This document shows positions 33,744-43,680 of a stretch of 64,000 nt of DNA, in pieces. Each line of letters opens with the position of its first letter. Position 1 is the first letter of the stretch. The translations under genes were made by a program, and so were the position numbers. A model generated the notes under the pieces. The model did no database searches, was not told where the DNA came from, and worked only from the letters and a program-made list of their open reading frames with translations. The DNA comes from a virus (lineage: Duplodnaviria > Heunggongvirae > Uroviricota > Caudoviricetes), in the IMG/VR virus record IMGVR_UViG_3300029516_000004, positions 31,480 to 95,479 of that record, one strand, 5' to 3'.

Positions 33744-34092
33744 GTTGTAACCCTTGAATATCAACCACAGAAAGCTCGTTTTTGTAGAAAAAGGCCAGGT
33801 TGAGGCACCCCCTAGTTTGAGCGTATGAGCTGGGACCAATTTCGTTCTTCCAGACAAATGGCTTCAAATCCGTACGGCGAAGCATAAAAATGCGATTTGT
33901 TCCGCTCTGATTCCCAATGAGGCAAAAGCCTTCTTTCACCTTGATAGCCTGCAAGTTGTCGAGTTCACCGCTGGTTACACGGCTATCGAACTCTTTGCGG
34001 CTTATTAGCTCCATCTGCATCTGACGACTCCAAACAAATACCCATTGAAGGGCGATGGCTGAATGGTACCGAAAACACGACATAAAAAACAA
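33736..34092 (-). CDS. hypothetical protein (118 aa)
   Basis: ORF between operator at 34092 and hrdC. Confidence 0.4.
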
Positions 34093-34108
34093 TATTTATT
34101 AGAGCAAT
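34092..34108. promoter_or_regulatory. C1 operator 17-mer in divergent promoter region
   Basis: ATATTTATTAGAGCAAT (16/17). Confidence 0.6.
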
Positions 34109-34188
34109 AATGCAATAGTTAACACCATGTAGACCACAATTAACCTAAGTTAAAATAACGAAAACCAGAGCAAATAATTGGTGATGAC

Positions 34189-34473
34189 GTGGCAAGTATT
34201 GCAACAAAAGACAGCATTTGTTCGGGGCACGGAGGATTCCCATCCAGGCCTCCTGTAGAGAGTGAACCACTACTTAAAGTCAACGGAGTCGAAGTGTTAG
34301 TTGATGGTAAGCAATATGCACAGCATACCGATGGAAACAGTACGCACGGTGGGCAAGCTATATCAACCAGGGCATGGTTTACCGTCAATGGTAAAGGGAT
34401 CGTATGCGTTGGTGACCCTGTTTCATGCGGATCTACCGTAGCGTCCGGAGACGGCCTGGTTCAGGTAAGTTAG
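34189..34473 (+). CDS. hypothetical protein (94 aa)
   Basis: ORF-track ORF, first gene of plus-strand cluster preceding the replicon. Confidence 0.45.
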   Translation: MASIATKDSICSGHGGFPSRPPVESEPLLKVNGVEVLVDGKQYAQHTDGNSTHGGQAISTRAWFTVNGKGIVCVGDPVSCGSTVASGDGLVQVS

Positions 34474-35270
34474 GAGATATCATGCTGGAAAAAGACTACC
34501 AGTTATCCGCATATAAAAAATTGGCCGCCGCCGGTGGGATGAAAACACCTGGTGCCATAACATCGGCACGAAACAGTGCTAACACAGCAAAACTGCTTGC
34601 AGAAGAATTGACCGGATTAATTCTGGATACAATTGTCTATCCCGACACTATTACCAGCTATGTTTCAACGATCAGAACAACCACAACCGGCTTAACGAAC
34701 ATTGGAGAACTGACAACTAAGCACGCGGACCTGTTGGCTGGTTATGCAGATCTGTCAATGCTGCTTCAACTCGATATTGGTTGGGATGTTTACTGCCGTG
34801 CTAATGAGCGAGAAGTTTCAGAACTGCCGATCTCTATTGCCATTGGTGATGTGAATATTACTAAATCGCTTGAGGACGCTGTTAACGCGCTTAATACATC
34901 AAGTTTAGTCGCTGCTATGGGGGAGATTAACCAGACCCTTAACACTGGCTCAGGAAGCTCGTCAAGCTCTGGTTCAGGCGGCGGCACTGCCACTCCCCCA
35001 CCAGCACTAACAGAAGAGCAAATTGAACCTCTGAAAGTAGCAACTGAACAGTTTGGTGTTGTTTTCAACCAGACAACAGCGCCCACAACTGCGTTACAAC
35101 AGCAGTATGAACGAGCGAATGAAAGCGCCAACGTAGCCATAACTGCTTATAACCATGCTATCGGTACCGCGCTTGCGGAAGCATCAGCAAATAAGGTCAG
35201 CACAGCCAGCGCAGTTGCCGCTTTGGTTCCTGATTCTGTTCTTGATGAATTAAACAAAGCGGCACAGTAA
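34425..35270 (+). CDS. hypothetical protein with Gly/Ser-rich linker (281 aa)
   Basis: ORF-track ORF. Confidence 0.55.
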   Translation: MRIYRSVRRRPGSGKLGDIMLEKDYQLSAYKKLAAAGGMKTPGAITSARNSANTAKLLAEELTGLILDTIVYPDTITSYVSTIRTTTTGLTNIGELTTKHADLLAGYADLSMLLQLDIGWDVYCRANEREVSELPISIAIGDVNITKSLEDAVNALNTSSLVAAMGEINQTLNTGSGSSSSSGSGGGTATPPPALTEEQIEPLKVATEQFGVVFNQTTAPTTALQQQYERANESANVAITAYNHAIGTALAEASANKVSTASAVAALVPDSVLDELNKAAQ

Positions 35271-35309
35271 CAAAGGACTTCATTGATAATTTTTCTTCAG
35301 GAGGAAGAC

Positions 35310-35732
35310 ATGTCATTCTTTTCTACGTTAAAAACAGCTTTGTCTTTGAAGGAGAAACTTGCTGCTACTGGTGTTCTTGTTCTGATTTGCGCACTTGTTG
35401 GTGCTGGGTTTGCATGGGAACGTCATCAGCTAAAGCAAGCCATGGAGAAAATTGGCAGTCTTGATCAGGCTATTAAGGAACGTGATAAGTCAATAATGGA
35501 TCTTAACCAGACCATTGAGACGATGAACAAAGCAGAGCAACATTTTCACAGCCAGGAAGTGAAAAATGAATCAGAACAAGCCAAATATGCTGACAGGCAA
35601 ATGGAACGAAAAGCTGAAGTTCAGAAACAACTGGTTGCGGCGGGTAATGTTCGCCAGCGCATTCCTGCTGATACTCAGCGGTTGCTCCGGGAGTCGATCA
35701 GCGAATTTAACGCCGACGCCGACAAAGGTTAA
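35310..35732 (+). CDS. membrane-anchored coiled-coil protein
   Basis: ATG at 35310 has AGGAGGAAG RBS; N-terminal TM helix VLVLICALVGAGFAW. Confidence 0.5.
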   Translation: MSFFSTLKTALSLKEKLAATGVLVLICALVGAGFAWERHQLKQAMEKIGSLDQAIKERDKSIMDLNQTIETMNKAEQHFHSQEVKNESEQAKYADRQMERKAEVQKQLVAAGNVRQRIPADTQRLLRESISEFNADADKG

Positions 35733-35898
35733 CCACCCTGCCCCCAAAAGTGCATTTATGTGCAGGATGCCAGAGTTTAGCAGTGAATATTTTGATGATC
35801 TGCCAGCGTATATCCTCGATACAGAAACGATGCTGATGGGGATTAACAGGAAGAATCGCAACGTTAATGATTACAACCGCGCTATCAGAGGTAACTAA
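35587..35898 (+). CDS. mlp: putative lipoprotein (lipobox LSGC)
   Basis: From Met at 35587: basic n-region then FASAFLLILSGC; overlaps upstream gene in another frame. Confidence 0.5.
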   Translation: MLTGKWNEKLKFRNNWLRRVMFASAFLLILSGCSGSRSANLTPTPTKVNHPAPKSAFMCRMPEFSSEYFDDLPAYILDTETMLMGINRKNRNVNDYNRAIRGN

Positions 35899-35909
35899 AA
35901 GGGATTTTT

Positions 35910-36302
35910 ATGTCTGATAAAGTAACAGTAAAGCAAACTATCAACAAAGCGACTTCAATCTACAAAATTGAGCACATCACTGTTGGCAAGCCAGGATCTG
36001 AACAATACCGTCATGCTTTCGAGCTTGCCGATCAGCTTGGTTTAAAACACCCGGATTGCATCGAGCATGTATTTCCGACCTATGCTGATGAGCAATGTAC
36101 TCATGTCCTTACCGAAGAGGATTTTTTCAGCACTGAAGAACGAGAAGGCGTTGATCGCTGCATTGGTGTGATTTGCTCTTCAGTGAGTTATGAGTTATTC
36201 CCTAATGTCCATGAAGATGGTGGTATTGGATACCAATTCCTGTACGAAGGCGATGAGCTTAAATGTTATGAACATGGTCTTCTCATCGAAAGCATAGAAT
36301 AA
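35910..36302 (+). CDS. hypothetical protein (130 aa)
   Basis: ORF-track ORF with RBS, followed by a terminator. Confidence 0.55.
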   Translation: MSDKVTVKQTINKATSIYKIEHITVGKPGSEQYRHAFELADQLGLKHPDCIEHVFPTYADEQCTHVLTEEDFFSTEEREGVDRCIGVICSSVSYELFPNVHEDGGIGYQFLYEGDELKCYEHGLLIESIE

Positions 36303-36315
36303 TACAGCTTCCTTC

Positions 36316-36341
36316 CAACCGGCTTTGTTGGCCGGTTTTTC
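36316..36341 (+). terminator. rho-independent terminator upstream of oriR
   Basis: AACCGGC-tttgttg-GCCGGTT followed by TTTTT. Confidence 0.6.
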
Positions 36342-36343
36342 AC

Positions 36344-36565
36344 TTATCCACATTATCCACTGGATAGATCCAATAATTAGGTCCATACAGATCCCTATTA
36401 GATCCATATAGATCCCTGATCGTTGCAGGCCGCGCCACGTCTGGCTTAGAAGTGTATCGCGATGTGTGCTGGAGGGAAAACGATGTGTGCTGGAGGGATA
36501 AAAATGTGTGCTGACGGGTTGCTAATGTGTGCTGGCGGGATATAGGATGTGTGCTGACGGGAAAG
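36344..36565. other. oriR: plasmid origin oriR: tandem DnaA boxes, GATC cluster, five 19-bp RepA iterons (incC)
   Basis: TTATCCACA and TTATCCACT (36344-36361); five GATC in 36367-36418; iterons GATGTGTGCTGGAGGGAAA-like x5 (36459-36565). Confidence 0.85.
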
Positions 36566-36620
36566 CCTGGGTAGTTATCACCACTTATAAAAACTATCCA
36601 CACAATTCGGAAAAAGTAAT

Positions 36621-37481
36621 ATGAATCAATCATTTATCTCCGATATTCTTTACGCAGACATTGAAAGTAAGGCAAAAGAACTAACAGTTAATTCAAACAA
36701 CACTGTGCAGCCTGTAGCGTTGATGCGCTTGGGGGTATTCGTGCCGAAGCCATCAAAGAGCAAAGGAGAAAGTAAAGAGATTGATGCCACCAAAGCGTTT
36801 TCCCAGCTGGAGATAGCTAAAGCCGAGGGTTACGATGATATTAAAATCACCGGTCCTCGACTCGATATGGATACTGATTTCAAAACGTGGATCGGTGTCA
36901 TCTACGCGTTCAGCAAATACGGCTTGTCCTCAAACACCATCCAGTTATCGTTTCAGGAATTCGCTAAAGCCTGTGGTTTCCCTTCAAAACGTCTGGATGC
37001 GAAACTGCGTTTAACCATTCATGAATCACTTGGACGCTTGCGTAACAAGGGTATCGCTTTTAAGCGCGGAAAAGATGCTAAAGGCGGCTATCAGACTGGT
37101 CTGCTGAAGGTCGGGCGTTTTGATGCTGACCTTGATCTGATAGAGCTGGAGGCTGATTCGAAGTTGTGGGAGCTGTTCCAGCTTGATTATCGCGTTCTGT
37201 TGCAACACCACGCCTTGCGTGCCCTTCCGAAGAAAGAAGCTGCACAAGCCATTTACACTTTCATCGAAAGCCTTCCGCAGAACCCGTTGCCGCTATCGTT
37301 CGCGCGAATCCGTGAGCGCCTGGCTTTGCAGTCAGCTGTTGGCGAGCAAAACCGTATCATTAAGAAAGCGATAGAACAGCTTAAAACAATCGGCTATCTC
37401 GACTGTTCAATTGAGAAGAAAGGCCGGGAAAGTTTTGTAATCGTCCATTCTCGCAATCCAAAGCTGAAACTTCCCGAATAA
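36621..37481 (+). CDS. repA: RepA plasmid replication initiator (286 aa)
   Basis: 286-aa ORF flanked by iteron arrays on both sides. Confidence 0.92.
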   Translation: MNQSFISDILYADIESKAKELTVNSNNTVQPVALMRLGVFVPKPSKSKGESKEIDATKAFSQLEIAKAEGYDDIKITGPRLDMDTDFKTWIGVIYAFSKYGLSSNTIQLSFQEFAKACGFPSKRLDAKLRLTIHESLGRLRNKGIAFKRGKDAKGGYQTGLLKVGRFDADLDLIELEADSKLWELFQLDYRVLLQHHALRALPKKEAAQAIYTFIESLPQNPLPLSFARIRERLALQSAVGEQNRIIKKAIEQLKTIGYLDCSIEKKGRESFVIVHSRNPKLKLPE

Positions 37482-37482
37482 G

Positions 37483-37760
37483 TGTGTGCTGGAGGGCAGC
37501 TGCATTTGAAAAATGTGCGCTGCCGGGAATGCCTGCCCATTTTCCTGTTTTTGGTGTGCGCTGGAGGGTTGCGCCACGCAGTTTGCCCAGACATTCCCTC
37601 CAGCACACATCTAACCATCCAAGTTTCCCTCCAGCGCACATCTAATCTTCTATCTTTCCCTCCAGCACACATATTTGATACCAGCGATCCCTCCACAGCA
37701 CATAATTCAATGCGACTTCCCTCTATCGCACATTCTGGTCATGCATCATCCCTCCAGCAC
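37483..37760. repeat. incA: incA iteron array (RepA-binding copy-number control)
   Basis: Multiple TGTGTGCTGGAGGG-type iterons in both orientations downstream of repA. Confidence 0.8.
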
Positions 37761-37874
37761 ACATCTAATAGCCTCATCGCCATTTCTTTACGTGCAATAA
37801 TTGACGCACGAATCAAAAAAAGTTGCACGTAGCAGAATCAAACGTACAATTCACTCATACGAAATGATAAGGAG

Positions 37875-39086
37875 ATGATGATGAAACGCGATTACGGCGG
37901 TGTCGGCACCATAGCTCTTCGTGCAAGCGCATTACTTAAGGCCATGAGTCAGGATATTGAAGATCAGCGTAAAGAGTTCAATCAGACCGAGTATTATCAG
38001 ACGTTCACTCGTAACGCTGTGGCAAAGTTGCCGAAGCTGAGCCGCCGCATTGTGGAGCAGGCCATCAAAGAGATGGAAGATGATGGGTACCAGTTCAACA
38101 AGAAACAGGTCGGTAACGTTGAACAGTACGCGCTGACCATCCAGAACGTCATTGATATCTATGCCCACCGTAAGATCCCCAAATATCGCGACATTCACAA
38201 ATCGCCTTACGTTATTTTTGTCGTAAACCTGAAGGGTGGCGTATCCAAAACGGTTTCCACAGTCACGTTGGCGCACGCTCTGCGTGTGCATCAGGATTTA
38301 CTGCGTCACGATCTGCGCATTCTGGTAATTGACCTTGACCCTCAGGCATCCAGCACAATGTTCCTCGACCATACTCACAGTATTGGTTCCATCCTGGAAA
38401 CCGCCGCGCAGGCGATGCTGAACGACCTGGACGCGGAGACGCTACGCAAAGAGGTGATTCGTCCGACCATCGTTCCTGGCGTAGACGTGATTCCAGCCTC
38501 TATCGACGATGGCTTTGTTGCCAGCCAATGGAAAGAGCTGGTTGAAGAGCATCTTCCCGGACAAAATCAGTACGAAATCCTTCGACGCAATATCATTGAT
38601 CGTGTTGCGGATGATTATGACTTTATCTTTATTGATACCGGTCCACACCTGGATCCGTTCCTGCTCAACGGTCTGGCGGCCAGCGATTTGCTGCTTACCC
38701 CTACCCCACCAGCCCAGGTTGACTTCCACTCAACACTGAAATATCTCACCCGTCTGCCAGAAATGCTGGAGCAACTGGAGGAGGAAGGCGTAGAACCGCG
38801 TTTGAGCGCCAGCATTGGTTTTATGTCGAAGATGACCGGCAAGCGCGATCACGAGACATCACACAGCCTTGCGCGTGAGGTTTACGCCAGCAACATTCTG
38901 GACTCTTCTCTGCCTCGTCTGGATGGCTTTGAGCGATGCGGCGAGTCTTTCGACACCGTAATCAGTGCCAACCCGCAATCGTATCCAGGCAGTGCAGAGG
39001 CGCTGAAGAAGGCACGAACCGAGGCCGAGCGTTTCACTAAGGCTGTGTTTGATCGAATTGAGTTTGTTAGGGGTGAGGCGGCATGA
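37875..39086 (+). CDS. parA: ParA partition ATPase (403 aa)
   Basis: Deviant Walker A NLKGGVSKTVSTV; P1-family ParA architecture. Confidence 0.92.
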   Translation: MMMKRDYGGVGTIALRASALLKAMSQDIEDQRKEFNQTEYYQTFTRNAVAKLPKLSRRIVEQAIKEMEDDGYQFNKKQVGNVEQYALTIQNVIDIYAHRKIPKYRDIHKSPYVIFVVNLKGGVSKTVSTVTLAHALRVHQDLLRHDLRILVIDLDPQASSTMFLDHTHSIGSILETAAQAMLNDLDAETLRKEVIRPTIVPGVDVIPASIDDGFVASQWKELVEEHLPGQNQYEILRRNIIDRVADDYDFIFIDTGPHLDPFLLNGLAASDLLLTPTPPAQVDFHSTLKYLTRLPEMLEQLEEEGVEPRLSASIGFMSKMTGKRDHETSHSLAREVYASNILDSSLPRLDGFERCGESFDTVISANPQSYPGSAEALKKARTEAERFTKAVFDRIEFVRGEAA

Positions 39087-40048
39087 AAAAAATAGTTTCC
39101 CGTGGACGAGTGCTGGGCAAGAATAGCTCCGAGTTTGCTCGCATGCTTGAAGGCAGTGAAGGCACCAAAACCTTTACCCTAAAATCTGGCCGCCAGGCTA
39201 AATTCTTGCTTACCGTCGTGCTGAGTGGTGAGATTGAGTCGCGCACGTTCGTTGACCCGGCAGTTAACGGCCGCGATCAGTCTCTGCTCACCCCTGAGTC
39301 GGTAAGCGATATTTCCCGCACCATTAAATTGCAACAGTTCTTCCCGGCTATCGGTCGTATGGTTGGGGAGCGCATTGAGGTATTGGACGGATCGCGTCGC
39401 CGTGCTGCGTGTATCTTCAATGAAACGAAATTTGAGATTCTGGTGACGAAAGATGAGATCAGCCTGGCGGATGCCCGCCAGCTGGCCATTGATATCCAGA
39501 CAGCCCGCGAACACACTCTGCGCGAGCTGGGTAAACGCTTCGAGGTTATGTACGGTAAGAATATGACCAAAGAAGAGATCGCCCGAGCTGAGAACATCTC
39601 AAAGGCTAAAGTGACGCGAGCTTTCCAGGCTGCCGCGGTGCCGGATGAGATGATTGCTGTCTTCCCCGTAGCCAGCGATCTCGCCCTTCCAGATTACCAG
39701 TTACTGCTCCAGATCGCCGAGGATGCTAACGCTAAAAGCGTGCCGATTGAAGAGCTGGTTGATACGGTGCGCGAACGAATTGCAGAGACTGAGGGCGCGA
39801 AAGAGGATAAAGCGAAGATACTGGCTATCTTCAAAGCGGAAAGCAAAAGCCTGAAGCCCGCGCCGGTTAAATCTGTGGTGGTTGAGAAGCTGCGAGACTT
39901 CTCTGACCGTCGCCAATATGCCCGAAAGAAGTCCGATCCGAAAAAACGGGTTGTCGCCTACGAGTTCTCCAGACTCCCGTCTGAAGTGCAAACTGAAATT
40001 GACGAAGCAATAAAAAAAATCATTGGGAAAATGTCTGCTGGGGAATAA
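39083..40048 (+). CDS. parB: ParB centromere-binding protein (321 aa)
   Basis: Overlaps parA stop; conserved GSRRR/ParB box region (ILDGSRRRAA). Confidence 0.9.
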   Translation: MKKIVSRGRVLGKNSSEFARMLEGSEGTKTFTLKSGRQAKFLLTVVLSGEIESRTFVDPAVNGRDQSLLTPESVSDISRTIKLQQFFPAIGRMVGERIEVLDGSRRRAACIFNETKFEILVTKDEISLADARQLAIDIQTAREHTLRELGKRFEVMYGKNMTKEEIARAENISKAKVTRAFQAAAVPDEMIAVFPVASDLALPDYQLLLQIAEDANAKSVPIEELVDTVRERIAETEGAKEDKAKILAIFKAESKSLKPAPVKSVVVEKLRDFSDRRQYARKKSDPKKRVVAYEFSRLPSEVQTEIDEAIKKIIGKMSAGE

Positions 40049-40094
40049 TCCCGCTGGTGGGAGGCGGCTTTAGCCCCCTCCCCTGTCTAAAATG

Positions 40095-40175
40095 TCCCGC
40101 GCCTATTTCATGTATAAATATATGATATATATAGATATTAATGAAAAATTTCAGACTGAAATTCCCACGGTTTCA
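40095..40175. other. parS: parS centromere (heptamer/hexamer boxes around AT-rich IHF-like core)
   Basis: ATTTCAT, AT-rich core, then TGAAAT-TCCCAC-G-GTTTCAC downstream of parB. Confidence 0.5.
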
Positions 40176-40236
40176 CGCCTGTTTTACTTGCCCCCCTCCC
40201 CCGCACAAAAAATTTAAAAAATTACTTTTAGCGAGA

Positions 40237-40263
40237 AAGTCAACAAGTGACTTTCAATAAAAT
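40237..40263 (+). promoter_or_regulatory. putative late promoter with palindrome AAAGTCA-acaag-TGACTTT and TAAAAT -10
   Basis: GTGACTT-N4-TAAAAT upstream of the head/sheath operon. Confidence 0.5.
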
Positions 40264-40314
40264 CTCTTCCGAAAAGGGATTCACACAAGTGCCTTGTGTT
40301 TAAGGAAGAGTAAA

Positions 40315-42021
40315 TTGAGTAACTTACGCGAATACCAGAATCGTATTGCAGATATCGCAAAACGCTCTAAAGCTGTGCTTGGCTGGGCAAGCACTGCGCA
40401 GTTCGGTACTGATAACCAATTCATTAAAGATGATGCCGCGCGTGCCGCATCTATCCTTGAAGCTGCACGTAAAGACCCAATTTTTGCGGGTATCTCTGAT
40501 AATGCCACCGCTCAAATCGCTACAGCGTGGGCAAGTGCACTGGCTGACTACGCCGCAACACATAAATCTATGCCACGTCCGGAAATTCTGGCCTCCTGCC
40601 ACCAGACGCTGGAAAACTGCCTGATTGAGTCCACCCGCAATAGCATGGACGCCACCAATAAAGCGATGCTGGAATCAGTCGCGGCAGAGATGATGAGTGT
40701 TTCTGACGGGGTTATGCGTCTGCCTTTATTCCTGGCGATGATCCTGCCTGTTCAGTTGGGGGCAGCTACCGCTGATGCGTGTACATTCATTCCGGTTACG
40801 CGTGACAAGTCCGAAATCTATGAAATCTTTAACGTAGCGGGTTCTTCTTTTGGCTCTTATGCTATTGGTGATGTTCTGGACATGCAATCCGTTGGCGTGT
40901 ACAGCCAGTTGCGCCGCCGCTATGTGCTGGTTGCAAGCTCCGACGGCACCAGCAAAACTGCAACCTTCAAGATGGAAGATGTCGAAGGTCAGAATGTCCC
41001 GATTCGCAAAGGTCGAACAAACATCTACGTTAACCGTATTAAGTCTGTTGTTGATAACGGCTCCGGCACTCTGCTTCACACATTCAATAACAAAGCAGGC
41101 GAACAAATCACTGTTACTTGCTCTTTGAATTACAACGTTGGTCAGATTGCCCTGTCGTTCTCCAAAGCGCCGGATAAAGGCACTGAGATCGCCATTGAGG
41201 TGGAGATCAATATAGAAGCAGCTCCTGAGCTGATCCCACTTATCAACCACGAAATGAAGAGTTACACCCTGTTCCCAAACCAGTTCGTCATCGCGGCTGA
41301 GCATACGGTACAGGCGGCGTATGAAGCACAGCGTGAATTTGGTCTGGATCTTGGCTCCCTACAGTTCCGCACCCTGAAGGAATACCTGTCCCATGAGCAA
41401 GATATGCTTCGTCTTCGTATCATGATTTGGCGAACTCTTGCGACCGACTCCTTTGATATTGCACTGCCAGCTAACCAGTCCTTTGATGTGTGGGCAACCA
41501 TCATTCGAGGCAAATTCCAGACGGTATATCGCGGTATTATTGAGCGTATTAAATCTTCTGGTGCGATGGGGATGTATGCCGGTGCTGATGCGGCATCTTT
41601 CTTCAAACAATTGCCGAAGGATTTCTTCCAGCCAGCAGAAGATTACATCCAGACCCCATACGTCCACTACATTGGCACTCTGTTCGGCAACGTCAAAGTG
41701 TTCGAAGTACCAGAAGGTATTTGTACGAACCTGACCGCCGACGGTATCCAGTTCAGCCCAATGGATGTGCTGTGCTACGTCCGTGATGAAAATCCGGGCA
41801 AAGCGGGCTTCGTAACTGGTGATGCAGTCCCGGCTGTCCCATTCCAGCATCCGACCACCCCGGCACTAGTCAACCGAACCACTCTGTGGGGTTCGGCTAT
41901 CAACGATATGCACCCACGTAACGGCGCTGACTACTTCACGCGTGTAACTCTGACTATGGCCAAAAATGGCGGAATTAACTTCCTGACCGGTAACATGATT
42001 GATGCCGGTGACTCTGAGTAA
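40315..42021 (+). CDS. putative major head (capsid) protein
   Basis: Long ORF at head of late operon; no in-frame ATG near 5' end, TTG at 40315 with AGGAAGAG RBS is the probable start (ORF track reports 40294). Confidence 0.55.
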   Translation: MSNLREYQNRIADIAKRSKAVLGWASTAQFGTDNQFIKDDAARAASILEAARKDPIFAGISDNATAQIATAWASALADYAATHKSMPRPEILASCHQTLENCLIESTRNSMDATNKAMLESVAAEMMSVSDGVMRLPLFLAMILPVQLGAATADACTFIPVTRDKSEIYEIFNVAGSSFGSYAIGDVLDMQSVGVYSQLRRRYVLVASSDGTSKTATFKMEDVEGQNVPIRKGRTNIYVNRIKSVVDNGSGTLLHTFNNKAGEQITVTCSLNYNVGQIALSFSKAPDKGTEIAIEVEINIEAAPELIPLINHEMKSYTLFPNQFVIAAEHTVQAAYEAQREFGLDLGSLQFRTLKEYLSHEQDMLRLRIMIWRTLATDSFDIALPANQSFDVWATIIRGKFQTVYRGIIERIKSSGAMGMYAGADAASFFKQLPKDFFQPAEDYIQTPYVHYIGTLFGNVKVFEVPEGICTNLTADGIQFSPMDVLCYVRDENPGKAGFVTGDAVPAVPFQHPTTPALVNRTTLWGSAINDMHPRNGADYFTRVTLTMAKNGGINFLTGNMIDAGDSE

Positions 42022-42081
42022 TCACGGGAAGTTCTCCGTTTAACATAGCGCCCCCGTGCGGGGCGCATAACAGGGAAAGTT

Positions 42082-43671
42082 ATGTCTCAATATTCAATTC
42101 AACAGTCATTAGGTAATGCATCCAGCGTCGCGGTTAGCCCGATCAATGCCGATGCGACGTTATCTACCGGTGTTGCATTAAATAGCAGCTTATGGGCTGG
42201 TATTGGCGTATTTGCGCGTGGCAAGCCGTTTACTGTTCTTGCGGTTACTGAGTCCAATTACGAAGATGTTCTCGGCGAACCGCTGAAGCCGTCTTCCGGC
42301 TCACAGTTTGAACCAATTCGCCATGTGTACGAAGCTATTCAGCAAACGTCTGGTTATGTTGTCCGTGCTGTTCCGGATGATGCGAAGTTCCCGATTATTA
42401 TGTTCGATGAATCAGGCGAACCGGCTAACAGTGCGTTGCCATACGGTTCTGAAATTGAACTTGATAGCGGCGAAGCCTTTGCTATCTACGTTGATGATGG
42501 TGATCCGTGTATTTCACCTACCCGTGAGTTAACCATCGAAACGGCAACAGCGGACAGCGCGGGTAATGAACGCTTCCTCTTAAAACTGACCCAGACGACT
42601 TCGCTCGGTGTGGTAACGACCCTGGAGACACACACTGTGTCTTTGGCGGAAGAAGCGAAAGATGACATGGGCCGCTTGTGTTATCTGCCTACGGCTCTGG
42701 AAGCCCGTTCTAAATATCTGCGTGCGGTTGTTAATGAAGAGCTGATTTCTACAGCGAAAGTAACAAATAAAAAATCGGTGGCATTCACTGGCGGTACCAA
42801 TGGCGATCAGTCGAAAATCTCAACCGCTGCTTACCTGCGTGCGGTTAAAGTGCTGAATAATGCGCCGTACATGTACACCGCTGTTCTTGGCCTGGGCTGC
42901 TATGACAATGCGGCTATCACCGCATTAGGTAAAATCTGTGCAGATCGCCTGATTGATGGCTTCTTTGATGTCAAACCGACATTAAGGTACGCAGAAGCAC
43001 TAACAGCTGTTGAGGGTACCGGTTTACTTGGTACCGATTATGTAAGCTGTTCTGTCTATCACTACCCGTTCTCCTGCAAAGACAAATGGACCCAATCCCG
43101 TGTGGTCTTCGGTCTGTCTGGCGCGGCGTATGCGGCGAAAGCTCGTGGCGTCAAGAAAAACTCTGATGTCGGCGGTTGGCATTACTCACCGGCTGGTGAA
43201 GAACGTGCCGTCATTGCTCGTGCGTCAATTCAACCGCTGTATCCGGAAGATACCCCGGACGAAGAAGCAATGGTCAAGGGCCGTCTCAATAAAGTATCTG
43301 TTGGCACCTCTGGCCAGATGATCATCGACGATGCTTTAACTTGCTGCACGCAGGATAACTATCTGCACTTCCAGCACGTCCCATCCCTGATGAATGCAAT
43401 CAGCCGTTTCTTTGTCCAGTTAGCCCGACAGATGAAGCATAGCCCGGACGGTATTACTGCGGCTGGCCTGACTAAAGGGATGACCAAACTTTTAGATCGC
43501 TTTGTCGCCTCCGGCGCTCTGGTGGCTCCTCGTGATCCCGATGCTGACGGTACAGAACCGTATGTGCTGAAAGTTACGCAGGCGGAATTCGATAAATGGG
43601 AAGTAGTCTGGGCCTGCTGCCCGACTGGCGTAGCCCGTCGTATCCAGGGCGTACCGCTGCTTATTAAGTAA
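42082..43671 (+). CDS. putative tail sheath protein (529 aa)
   Basis: Size, composition and position after capsid gene in contractile-tail operon. Confidence 0.55.
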   Translation: MSQYSIQQSLGNASSVAVSPINADATLSTGVALNSSLWAGIGVFARGKPFTVLAVTESNYEDVLGEPLKPSSGSQFEPIRHVYEAIQQTSGYVVRAVPDDAKFPIIMFDESGEPANSALPYGSEIELDSGEAFAIYVDDGDPCISPTRELTIETATADSAGNERFLLKLTQTTSLGVVTTLETHTVSLAEEAKDDMGRLCYLPTALEARSKYLRAVVNEELISTAKVTNKKSVAFTGGTNGDQSKISTAAYLRAVKVLNNAPYMYTAVLGLGCYDNAAITALGKICADRLIDGFFDVKPTLRYAEALTAVEGTGLLGTDYVSCSVYHYPFSCKDKWTQSRVVFGLSGAAYAAKARGVKKNSDVGGWHYSPAGEERAVIARASIQPLYPEDTPDEEAMVKGRLNKVSVGTSGQMIIDDALTCCTQDNYLHFQHVPSLMNAISRFFVQLARQMKHSPDGITAAGLTKGMTKLLDRFVASGALVAPRDPDADGTEPYVLKVTQAEFDKWEVVWACCPTGVARRIQGVPLLIK

Positions 43672-43680
43672 GGGAATACA

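Noticed and set aside
36459-37760. Short direct repeats with regular spacing that could be mistaken for a CRISPR array
   Set aside because: The repeats are 19-bp RepA-binding iterons flanking repA in both orientations, with no cas genes; they are the incC/incA plasmid copy-control elements.
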